DNA of 63,835 nt, filler included, from Octopus bimaculoides (lineage: Eukaryota), in NCBI RefSeq assembly GCF_001194135.2. It is 6 parts of 5 records of this genome, joined end to end, with 100 filler letters (N's around TTAATTAATTAA, not from the genome) between each part and the next. Parts side by side here need not be neighbours in the genome. Positions count along the whole stretch, not along the records: positions 51,305 to 63,835 come from NC_068985.1; 5 more parts are not named here. One strand, written 5' to 3'. Shown here one piece after another: positions 51,614-63,835 of this stretch. Numbering within the stretch: position 1 is the stretch's first letter; every line of letters begins with the position of its first letter. The notes below the pieces were generated by a model, which saw nothing but the letters and a program-made list of their open reading frames with translations, was not told the DNA's origin and searched no databases. The translations under genes and the position numbers were made by a program.

Positions 51614-54572
51614 CTATTTTTATTTGTTTTGTTTTGTTTAGTGTTTTTGTCCTTTGTTTTTTTTGTATTTTCACTGTTTGCATGTGTTGAGAAGAACTAT
51701 GTCGATACATATGTGTATATGTATATATATATGTGTAAAAGTACAGAAATATGTATCGGTGAGAGTGTAGTTAGGTGAATATATCTATATATGTATTTAT
51801 GTGTGTGTACTTAGGTGAGTAAATATATACATGCGTGTGCATGTGTGTGTGTGTGTCTTGCGTGCATGTGTGTGTGTGTCTTGTGTACATGTGTGTGTGC
51901 GTGTATCTGTATTTATAAGTGGGAGGAAGATCTATATCTGTACTTACAGGTATATATATATATGCGTATCTCTATGTGTATGTGTGCAAGACTGCCTGCT
52001 TCTGCTTACGTATTTATGTGTGTTTCAATCTTTGTGTGTATCTGAGTATAAGATTATACACATGCGCGTAGCTGAATATCTATGTGTCTGTACGTAATTT
52101 CTTTATAGAGCATTGTTTCTTTAAGTATACATCCATATATNNNNNNNNNNNNNNNNNNNNNNNNNNNNNNNNNNNNNNNNNNNNNNNNNNNNNNNNNNNN
52201 NNNNNNNNNNNNNNNNNNNNNNNNNNNNNNNNNNNNNNNNNNNNNNNNNNNNNNNNNNNNNNNNNNNNNNNNNNNNNNNNNNNNNNNNNNNNNNNNNNNN
52301 NNNNNNNNNNNNNNNNNNNNNNNNNNNNNNNNNNNNNNNNNNNNNNNNNNNNNNNNNNNNNNNNNNNNNNNNNNNNNNNNNNNNNNNNNNNNNNNNNNNN
52401 NNNNNNNNNNNNNNNNNNNNNNNNNNNNNNNNNNNNNNNNNNNNNNNNNNNNNNNNNNNNNNNNNNNNNNNNNNNNNNNNNNNNNNNNNNNNNNNNNNNN
52501 NNNNNNNNNNNNNNNNNNNNNNNNNNNNNNNNNNNNNNNNNNNNNNNNNNNNNNNNNNNNNNNNNNNNNNNNNNNNNNNNNNNNNNNNNNNNNNNNNNNN
52601 NNNNNNNNNNNNNNNNNNNNNNNNNNNNNNNNNNNNNNNNNNNNNNNNNNNNNNNNNNNNNNNNNNNNNNNNNNNNNNNNNNNNNNNNNNNNNNNNNNNN
52701 NNNNNNNCACTCACAAGGCTTTAGTTGGCCCGAGGTTATAGTAGTAGACACTTGCCCAAGGTGCTACGCAGTGGCACTGAACCCAGAACCATGTGGTTGG
52801 TAAGCAAGCTACTTAAAACACAGCCACGCCTGTGCCTGTATGTATGTATGCATGTATGTATGTATGTATGTATGTATGTATGTATGTATGTATGCATGCA
52901 TGTGTGTATGTGTCTGAGTGCGTGCGCGCCTGAGGTTATTTCTATGTATATGCGTATTTGTGTGAATATGTCTGTTTCTGAGAGTGTGTATACACGCGTA
53001 TGTATTCAATTGTATGAATTTGTGAGTGTGTTACCTGTGCTGTGTGTACGTGTGCGTTCTTGCGTCTTATTCTGATGCTATTTGTTTAAACAATCTCCTC
53101 TTTACTTTCTTTTTACATCATACATATATGTCTACATGTGCACGTATAAGACTATGTGAACCTTGACCCCTGTAATAGTGAATATGACTAAGTTGGTATG
53201 TATCAAATACGCACGTATACGCACTTAGTATGTTTATATATATATTTATTTATATTTGTATGTGTCTAGCATGTGTGAATTTCTGTATGGATAGTAACTA
53301 ATTTAGTGACTCTGACAGTCTCTGTTAAGATACCCCTGAGCATGTTTCTACGTGTGTATCTTTTTATGCGAGCAGTCGTTCTGTAATGTTATAGCATTGA
53401 ATCTCAGTGTGTCTGTGATTAAGTGTGTATGCGTGTTTTTTTTTTTTTTGCTTATTTCCTTGTTTTAAAATGCGAAAGTAAACATGAGCTGTTTTGTAGC
53501 AGTGTCTCTTCCATTTTTCAGTCAGTATGTGTTTGTATATGTGTGTCTATGGGTGTATGAGAATGTGTGTATCTGTGTGTGCGAGTCTATGTGTGTATGT
53601 GTATCTATGTGTATCACATGTGTGTCCTCTCTAAGTGTGTGTGTGCGCGTGTATCTATGTGTATGCATGTGTGTGCTCTCTAAGTATTTGTGTGGTCGCA
53701 TCAACGTGTGTATGTACACGTAATTATATGTCAGTCACAATGTGTCTACGTCAGTTACAATGGGATGAAGCTCTGTTGGAATCTGTTTATAACATATGTG
53801 TACGTACGTATATGCGTGTGTAGAAGACTGTTAAGATTAACAACCATTGTTAATCTATTACCGCCATCAATACAATTATTCAATTACAGCAGTCCTATAA
53901 AACCACTGTTACAAGGTACATTCGCCTCTAACTTTGTTAGGAAATAATAGACCAACAGACATAAACAAACGAAGAAAGGAAAAACGAAACAGAGGCGGGC
54001 GGGGACTGGGTATCTCAATGAAAACTCAACTTGTCATATCTTCGCAACTGTGATTGGTTTTTAAAGAACCATTCAAAATCAAACCCAGTAAATCCATTGG
54101 ATCGGATATTTATGTTTTTATGACAACTAAGCGTAGTTTTGTTTTCGTAATATTGGTACCAATAAAAACGCCAGGCATAACGGAAATAGAAAAGGAAAAA
54201 AATAAACACATCTATTTCCAACACTACTGCCACTAATTCCATCACTAGCAATCTGACCAATCTCATTTATAGACAACAACAAGGTAAAGAGTGCTGAACT
54301 GAACGGCCCTAAGACAATTTGAAAGGGTATTCAGAGAGACGATCGTAGGATTGCTTTATTAGATTTGTGGATATGATAACATAAGGTTTCAAAAGTTTGA
54401 ATAGCTATTTTTGTTTTTACATACATCAGAAATTTTGTGTTTAGACAGGTCCCTGGTTACTAAAAAAGAACTTGTTGGACTGGTGGTAGCTGGTGATTGC
54501 TTAAAAACCGCGGGGCTCTTTATCCGCATCGAATAGATGGAAGATAGTAAAGGAAAAGCTATAGAAGCAGTG

Positions 54573-55150
54573 GTGAACATTACCTTAAATGCAATATGAA
54601 GCGCAATCTTCAGCTGCATGAAAAATGCAGAAAAAAGACATATTACAAATGTGGCAACATATTAAAACCAAGTGGGAGAGAGCATACATAAAATCCAAAT
54701 GTGAGGAAGAATATATAAGTCCATCTTGACATAGCAGGGTCTATCAGGCTAGTAATTGATTGTCGACAAAAGTTTTAACTGTCTCAGAATTCTATTGTTT
54801 CTTATCTAGTGGATATAAACTTATCTAGTTTATAGCCTTGTTTATAGCCTTGTCCATGCATACTGCTTACACCTTCCCTCTCTTTAGAAGTAATTGTCCC
54901 TTTGCTATCACCACTAGATAAGAAACAATAGAATTCTGAGACAGTTAAAACTTTTCTCTAGAATCAATTACTAGCCTGATAGACCCTGCTATGTCAAGAT
55001 GAACTTATATATTCTTCCTCACATTTGGATTTTATGTATGCTCTCTCCCACTTGGTTTTAATATGGTGCCACATTTGTAATATGTCTTTTTTCTGCATTT
55101 TTCATGCAGCTGAAGATTGCTCTTCATATTGCATTTAAGGTAATGCTCAC
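54573..55150. repeat. Near-perfect long inverted repeat (240-bp arms, 98-bp loop)
   Basis: 54573-54812 versus 54911-55150 reverse complement, with only a handful of mismatches by eye. Confidence 0.95.
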
Positions 55151-56419
55151 ATTACTTAAATAAATTGAAGTAGCATGAAACGTGCGTACTGCAATCACTT
55201 TTGAAATCCGTGTTGCTTATNNNNNNNNNNNNNNNNNNNNNNNNNNNNNNNNNNTATATATATATATATATATATTAGGTTATGGATTTTCATGGATCTC
55301 CAGATGCATTCTTAGTAATTCGATCTATTTTTGCTGTTAAACCATACCTGATAACCGATAACTACAAGGTTAATACCTAAATAAAATTGATGTGCGCGCG
55401 CGTGTGTGCGTGTGTGAGAAAGGGAGAGAGAGGAGAGAGAGAGTGGGGATGAGAGACTAACGAAATTGGTGCGTGAAGCTAAGGTGCCTTGTAGTATTTA
55501 ATTTCCTTTCAGTTATGTCCATTTAAGATAATTCCAAATTGCATTTCTTTTCATGACAGATTTAAGTACGAGATGAAGTACGTGGAACGATATTATCATC
55601 TGTAAACACTTGTAGGCTACCGACACACATGCTGATGTGTACAGGTGTAGTGCATGAAATAATGTTCTCTTCTCCGCTCTAAGATGATGTACGACAGCTT
55701 AATTTACTACAACAATGCGAACATGGAATTAATTAGTGCAATTAGACAGGTCATTAGTTATTCTGAGACATGCAATCAATGTTAATTTGGTCAATAAACT
55801 AGCATTACTGGTCAGTGCTGATGTACATTCGTTTCTAGGCTTTGTTTCACGCCAGATTTGCTGATTCATTATTTAATTAGCACCATTAATTGAGGAAACG
55901 AGAAAGCAATGGATATGAGCTAATTAGGCTGATGGTTTTAATGATAGTATTGATAATAACGTGAATGGTGGCAGCAGCGTCGATAATGTCCTTGTTACCG
56001 TTGTTGTAACTTAATCCCAGCTGAGCCCTTACCGTAAGGACTTGTAATGAAAGGCATCCCAGCCATGGCCACCTTGTCGTTTATCAATATTTACGACTAC
56101 CTGATTTGATGCGTCCTTTTATTTTATTTTTAAATTGTAAGATTGGATTGGATGGTGATTTAGCTAGCATTTCTACGTATTGTTGTTGGAATTCGCACTA
56201 AGTCAGTCCTAAACAAATATATCTGACAGCTTTGTATTAGCTCGAAGAACTAAATCCATTCCGCAAATAAAATAAATACTCCGGATAGACAATACTTCAT
56301 TATGATTGAGACCTTTGATGGATATATTTTTTTACGGTAAGTCACGTGCAATGGCTTAGGCTTAGGATTAAGCTTATCGTATGGTCAGTGTATTGTATAA
56401 TTCAGATATAGATCTTTGC

Positions 56420-57100
56420 AATATCAATTAAAGATAGAAAACTTGTTATCACAGCCAATGTGTGGTATCAGATATGATGTCATCATCTCTGCGTTACATG
56501 TTCCCAAATGTGTTGTCATGGTGTGGAAATGATAATAGTCAGGTGGTGCCAAATCAGGAAAATAGAGGTTGATCAACCAGTTCAAAGCCACAGTTATGTA
56601 CAACAACCAGTGAAACCAAGTACTGGTATGCTGCGGCATTGTCTTGATGAAACAAGACCCTTTTTTTTTGTCAGTTTTCCTAGGCGATTGGTCTTGATAG
56701 CTTTTCGTAACTGCCTCAGCAAGATGGCAAAGTACTCTCCATTGATGGTGTGGCCCTTTTGAAGGTAGTCAGTAAACATGGGGCCACAGCCTTTCCTGCA
56801 AATGAAACGACCTTAGCCTTGTTTGGAGCAGGTAAGGAGGAGTGTTTCTACTCCATAGATTTTCCCTTTACCTCTGGCTGAGAGTGGTAAAGCTAACACT
56901 CATCCTGAGTTATGAGACGTTCAAGGAAAACATTTAGATCTTGCTTTAAATAACGTTGGATTTTCCGTGATTTGATCAACCTGGAGTGGGTTTGTCAGAA
57001 GACTTAACGTAGATAAGTTGCAGATGTCCCAAAACCTACGGTATTCCTCTTGAGAAAGCATCTCGTCAAGACGCATGTTGTTAAATAGTGCAGAAGTATA
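56420..57100 (-). mobile_element. Mariner transposase relic
   Basis: FTDYLQKGHTINGEYFAILLRQLRKAIKTNRLGKLTK and YFPDLAPPDYY motifs; frameshifted. Confidence 0.85.
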
Positions 57101-57144
57101 TCAGCAGCAGATTCAGTGAGAGAAAAAATCTATCTATCTATCTA

Positions 57145-57249
<105 letters not shown>

Positions 57250-57397
57250 AGCTAGCTATCTATCTATCCGTCTGTCTGTCTGTTCTCTTTGTCTCTCTCT
57301 CTTTCACTCTCTCTTTCTCGCTTTCTCGTTCTCTCTCACTCATTGTATATACGTACATCTGTCTCTTATATGTAAGTATACACACACACACACACAC

Positions 57398-57498
<101 letters not shown>

Positions 57499-59489
57499 AA
57501 GTATGGCGGTTTAGTGCACAGGTGATATAAACGATTAGGTGCGCTAGGTAAGTGTTGTTACGGATTACTGGGACTCCGAGACGGTAGTTATGGAGACATT
57601 GCAGATTTCCGAGGCAGCGGATATGTAATTGTTAAACAGGACATCAAGCATTAAGGCACAGAACATCTGAAGTCGTATACAGTATTATAACAAGAAGAAA
57701 TTCAAAACCTTACAGCTGTTTCTGGGATATGCCGGAGTATGGGATATTCAGTCATCAAAGACAAATAGGGGGGAAATAGGGAACATGAGAATGGTATATA
57801 TTAATAAGATGACGATATAGAGGAAGGGAATAGGCAGGATTGCACCTAAAGACTTACGCTCATGGATCTACGTTCATGGATCTAAGCTGTCTCCAACTTC
57901 ATATATATATGAAGAAGTGACAATGAACGTAATTATGTAGCAGGATGCTGGTGGTAATCCACCTCTAGCAAGTGTTCTTCGATGCTGTGTGCAACTACAA
58001 GAACGCCTTCATTATTTGCGTGCTGCAATCACGGTTTCTTCGTGGTGTTGGCTGGAATATTTTTCATAGTCAACATCATTAAAAATACTGAATATACACG
58101 TAATGCTAAGATGCTATGTAAGGTGTTTTTAATGTCACATGTTAATCTCCTTAATAAATGACTAGCTTAAGTAATTAAAAAATTCAGTAATTTGTCTTTT
58201 TCACACGTGTAATGCCTAATATATACATTGTGTATAATTCATGTAGCGTCATGTAATAACTGATTTAAAATATATTCTATTTTATTACATTAACTGTAAT
58301 CGTTTATAGTATCTTTTATCTTCTACTTCTTTCAGCCATTACACTACGGCCATGCTGGGGCACCGCCTTTAAGAAGTTTTTAGTTAAATGAATCGACCCC
58401 AGCACTTATGTTTTTTTAAAGCCTGGTACATATTGTATCGGTCTCTTTTGCTGAACTGTTAAGTTACAGGGACATAAACACACCAAAAGCACTTGTGAAG
58501 CAGCAGTGGGAGACAAATACAGACACAAAGACGTGCGCGCACACACACAAATATATTACGTTGGCTCCTTTCAGTTTCCGTCTACCAAATCCATTCACAA
58601 GCCTTTTTTCACCCCGAAGCTATAGCAGTAGACCATTGTGACTGAACCTGGAACCATGAGGTACGGAAGTAAACTTCTTATCCTACAGCTACGCGTCTAT
58701 AAGCCACGCCTGCATTTATATAAATAAATTGTGACTTTTTTTCAACTAACTTTTTCTCAAGTTAATTTTGCGGCTATTTTTCTCTTACTTGTTATCCGAT
58801 GACACCGGTGAGATAAATTTGATAAAATCACGATAGATGTAGTATCTCTACATTTATCATTAATGCTATATGTTCTTGGACGTTGCTGGTAGCAAATAAA
58901 GTTATTGATTCCGATATTACTGATATGTTTGGACTTGGAGACAGATTGTCTTTTTCAGGACACATTCAGGCAACTAAAATTCGTAATTCTTTTTGAATAG
59001 AAACTTATCGAGGCGGATTGTTGTTCAATGTAGAGACAGAAATCAACAGTACACGTATTGGCAAGGACCACAAGAGCTGTGATTGATGGGCTGTTCTTAT
59101 CCCTTCGTGGGCCTTCTGTTGATGCTGTTGTTCTTCCTACGGTTGTTGTTGTGGTTGTTGTTGTTGTTGGTGGTGGTGTTATTGTTGTTGTTGTTATTGT
59201 GGTAACTCGTTATACCTACTGTAGCCATGTGAAGCTGCACGTTGATGAAGGATTCTACCAGAAGTGACACCTACTACTTCAATTACCAACACAACATGTA
59301 TTCACATAAAACAACGTTTGTATTTCAGATGCAATAGGCGGTGTATATTAAAGATTTTATTTCCATATCGAGGAGAAAATACTAGCTGACACTGAGCCAA
59401 ATATGAGGTCCCTATGCGTTCACTCGATTAGCAAGAAATAGCAACCAAATCTCTCTGATATGACTGCCTACCTACAACATATATATATA

Positions 59490-59745
59490 TATATTAGAAA
59501 AAATAATAATCAGGTACTCAGATGTCTGGATGGTTGTACATTTGCAGATTTTTATCTATATGTCACATGTTTTATGAATTACCGCTTTCACCTACTCTTG
59601 TAGGGTCATCAAAATTTGATGACCCTACAAGACTAGGTGAAAGCGTAAATCTATAAAACATGTGACATATAAATAAAAATCTGCAAATGTACAACCATCC
59701 AGATATCTGAGCTGAGTGCCTGATTATTATTTTTTCTAATATATA
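59490..59745. repeat. Almost loopless palindrome (arms about 125 bp)
   Basis: Centre ...GTAGGGTCATCAAA-A-TTTGATGACCCTAC... at 59614; arms pair out to ATTAGAAAAAATAATAATCAGG / CCTGATTATTATTTTTTCTAAT. Confidence 0.93.
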
Positions 59746-59778
59746 ATTCCTGTACATCACCTCCAAACNNNNNNNNNN

Positions 59779-59816
<38 letters not shown>

Positions 59817-61321
59817 AAAGAAATTCTATCTTATAATAATATAACATAATATAATATAATATAATGAAATGATAAAATATTAGATGCCCATTTTGATTGA
59901 ACTGGTACTTTCATGCATTAGACTATGGAATCTTCAGCTTCATGTAGTAGTGGTGACAGTTATGTTATACAATTTACAACTGTGGTGAGATGGCAAAACA
60001 AAAACAACAACAACAGCAACAACAACAACCACAATAACAACAATATGAAGAACAACAGCATCAACAGAAAGCCCACCAAGGGATAAGAACAGCCTATACA
60101 TTTGTATAGGCTCCAGAAATCTAATTTTTCCAAACTGTATACTGACCAATTAGCGTGTGACTTTAATAAATTACTTAAGTTGATTGGTGTTTGGTTCAGG
60201 CGTCATGGTTTGTCCCTGGCTAAAAACAGTAATTGTTGGGCTATTTTTAGAAATGTTGTAAACAACATTTCCCAGGGATTTTTACATTTCAATTATCATC
60301 ATCACCATTATCAACTCCTTTATTATTATTGTTGTTGTCGTCGTCGTTGTTGTTGTTCTTGATGGTAGTGGTGGTGGTGGTGGTGGTGGTCGTCGTCGTC
60401 GTGTAGATGATGGTCGTGGTAGAAGTAGCTGTGATAATAGAACTTTATTATTTTTACTGACTTTTCACTTGACCTAGCTAGTATTTTCCTATCGTCATCA
60501 TGAGCACGTATAGGATTGCTGTTATTGTTAGTGGTGCTGGTCGTAGCAATAGAAATAGTACCTTTAAGTATTACTATCATTATTTATTTAGCTTGGGTTG
60601 GAATATAGTAATAAAGTTCTTTTCTCTGATTTTTCTCTCAATTTCACTTGGACTGTGTAGTTTGTAGACAGGCCGCAGTCAAACAACTGAAACAAGTAAA
60701 AGAATAAAAGAATATATATGTGTGTTGAGGGGGAGATTACGCTTTTCTCTTTTTCTGGCCGGAAAGAAATTTCCCAAGTTATTTAAATTCCCTCACCGTT
60801 TGTCGAGCATTTTTTAAATAAATAATATTCAATATCTGGTATGTTGTCAGACGCATACACTTTTTCTGCCTGTGGGGAAATGGTAACAGAGTAATGCGTT
60901 AAACCTGTAATTTTACGTACGGCTAGTTGTAGGCTAGAGTGACAAAGTTCTTGAAGAGTAAAAAGAAGAATAAAAAGCCTTATATGAAGATTTTTCAGTC
61001 CACAGGACTATGGCCAACTTCTAGAAATCACTGATTCGGTTGTGTTAAGCTAGCTATCTTCTCCCTAAAACTTTACAGTACGGAGTAAGACCTGCAAGGC
61101 TTATCAAGCAACAAAACAACAAAAACGAACATGCATGCATTAACGTTTCTGATTTGTGATGTTTAATTGAACAGCTCTTATTAAGTGGGGAATAGATCTA
61201 GCTATCAGCTGCAGCGAAGTCCCTAATGACGATCGACCTTTTTTTAGAACCGTGGGGACAAGAAATTCTTTTCAATTAGTGACATGTAGGCACATCTATC
61301 TATCTATCAAATCTATCTATT

Positions 61322-61408
<87 letters not shown>

Positions 61409-61698
61409 CTATCTATNNNNNNNNNNNNNNNNNNNNNNNNNNNNNNNNNNNNNNNNNNNNNNNNNNNNNNNNNNNNNNNNNNNNNNNNNNNNNNNNNNNN
61501 NNNNNNNNNNNNNNNNNNNNNNNNNNNNNNNNNNNNNNNNNNNNNNNNNNNNNNNNNNNNNNNNNNNNNNNNNNNNNNNNNNNNNNNNNNNNNNNNNNNN
61601 NNNNNNNNNNNNNNNNNNNNNNNNNNNNNNNNNNNNNNNNNNNNNNNNNNNNNNNNNNNNNNNNNNNNNNNNNNNNNNNNNNNNNNNNNNNNNNNNNN

Positions 61699-61731
<33 letters not shown>

Positions 61732-63717
61732 CATAGAAGTGTGCGTACGTGCATGTGTGCGCATGTGTGTGCATGCGTATGGGAGTGTGTACGTGCATGT
61801 ATGTGTGTATGAATGATGGACTCACTTTTAGAATTTTATCTTCGATATTCAATGGGATCTGACTTTGTGCCAAAGTTGCATGCCACAGAGAGAAGAATAC
61901 GAACGAAAACTGTAGTCATTTGTGAAACATGTTGGCGGACAAGTAGGTTGACTTTGCCAACTGGAAGATGATTTCTATGAGGCATATATTGGGACATCCA
62001 TGCAGTTTAGATGACGCAGATAAGAAGCGCACTTAAACACGAATAACAGAAATCATTATGCTGTAATAACTTTAATAACTAGAATGCATTACAAGTGAAT
62101 TCACGAACAACGACATAGTTACAACTGTATTAAAATCTCCCACAAACATTATTTAGCATTGATAAAAGACGACAAAGTTTCAAAACTCTCCAAACAAGGA
62201 TATGATGCTAGGTCTTATCGTTTGAACAGCCAAGATATTACTTAACACATTCAATACGATTTCCCTGGATTTCTACCATAAAATCATAATTAATTCTAAT
62301 ATTAGCATTCCGTTTCGTTGCGTTTTTTCAAGTATGATAAAACTTTTGGGTTTGCAGTGACCTGTTGTCTGAGGTTTCGAAGCTTCGGGAAATCATTTAG
62401 TAAAGCTGGATTTTCTATAAGCGGATTCTCCAAGGCAGAGTAACACATTAAATCGCAGAGTTTGATCTAAAGAGAAAAAGAGAAAAAAGACATCATATGA
62501 GAGAAAAAGAGAGAGAGACAGAGAGAGAGAGAGTGAAAGAGAGACAGAGAGAGAGAGAGTGAGAGAGAGACAGAGAGAGAGAGAGAGTGAGAGAGAGAGA
62601 GAGAGAGACGTGTCTAGTATGTCTCTCTGCGACTCTATGACATACTATTCTATAAATGTGTGTGTGTGTGACAGAGAGAGGGGGAGGCAGATATAAATAT
62701 ATATACATATATATATAATTGACAAGATTAATTCACTCCATAGGATTTTCTCATTATGTTTATAAGTGTTTCTAAAAACCTTCATTTATAACTTCTGTAT
62801 CCATTAATTATATCCTTAGTTGCAATGTTAGATCTCTTTTGATCTTTATAGAAGCAATACTTGAAACAAAATATGTTTCCTAATAGAGCTATAATAGAGC
62901 TAAATATTTTGATACCACTCTTCTACAACGAACACAACGTCAACCAGAGTAACGATACGAAGAGACTTCAAAGGGTCAAACACAAACAAACGTTACACTA
63001 AACATAGTATATGTATAGGATATATATATATATATATTTTTTTTTTTCTCATAAGCCAAATTGATATCACTTATATATCAATGTTTGTAAAAGATCAGCA
63101 ATAATCATAAAAAGAAAACTCGTGAGATATCAAAATCACAATTTGCGTATCTATAACAAACGAAATATTTCAAAATATACCATTACAAGTAAGTATAATA
63201 AAAGTCAAGACTTAGGTTGTCGAGAATGAACGACATTGAACATCTTAGCATTATGAACAGAATATTAGCTGCCTATATAATGTTAGATTACTAACAGCAG
63301 AAGTCCTTTCTACTATTGGTACAAGGTTTGAATTTTAGTGGAGGGGACTAAGTTATCAACATCAACCTCAGTACTTAGCAGGTGCTTATCTTAACAACTT
63401 CGAAAGGATGAAAGCAACATTAACTTCGAGAGTATTTAAACTCAGAACATATTAAACCCGAAGAACTGTTGCTAAGCATTCTGTACGGCGGGTTAACGTC
63501 TTAATTAACATCAATAATGACAATATTTGCTGCCTCTATTGATTTCTTGAAATCAGATACATAAATACACACACACGCACGCATATATACACGCACGCAC
63601 ACACACACACACACGCACACGCAACGCATGCACGCACGCATACACATGCATGCAAATACACACACGCAAAACACACACAAACACACACACATACATATAT
63701 ATCTACACATACATATT

Positions 63718-63757
<40 letters not shown>

Positions 63758-63802
63758 CCTATCCTTCTATTTATTAATCTGTTTATCTGTGTGTCAGTCT
63801 TT

Positions 63803-63835
<33 letters not shown>

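Noticed and set aside
57852-57910. Minus-strand GTAAGT donor near a TATATA tract as a possible non-coding exon 1 of the GST gene
   Set aside because: Motifs this short are expected by chance in AT-rich DNA; no independent support.
59058-60580. Poly-Val, poly-His and poly-Gln ORFs
   Set aside because: Translations of (GTT)n/(CAT)n/(GGT)n trinucleotide mosaics; no exon boundaries.

Overview
AT-rich, microsatellite- and transposon-dense animal genomic DNA from a gapped draft assembly, most likely an octopus or other coleoid cephalopod. That assignment is inferred from an S-crystallin-type exon and the repeat landscape. The supplied ORF track is mostly microsatellite, N-run or transposon noise. 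Reading splice sites directly gives one complete 7-exon plus-strand gene, CZIB/C1orf123 (UPF0587/DUF866), at 6165-20562. It encodes 160 aa with two CxxC motifs, and every intron is GT-AG with consistent phase. On the minus strand there is one isolated first coding exon (51376-51508) of a sigma-class GST / SL11-like S-crystallin; I could not find its other exons in the sequenced bases. The rest consists of tRNA-derived SINE families, RTE-type LINE fragments, several Tc1/mariner relics, MITEs, a Helitron-like repeat present twice around CZIB, and satellites. There are also several long inverted repeats, including a nested palindrome at 59.1-60.1 kb. A degenerate Penelope-type minimal hammerhead ribozyme motif lies in CZIB intron 1. 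I see no convincing wholly new multi-gene system. The best leads are the orphan crystallin/GST exon, the intronic hammerhead and the long hairpin-forming elements. Repeat boundaries are approximate, read by eye.
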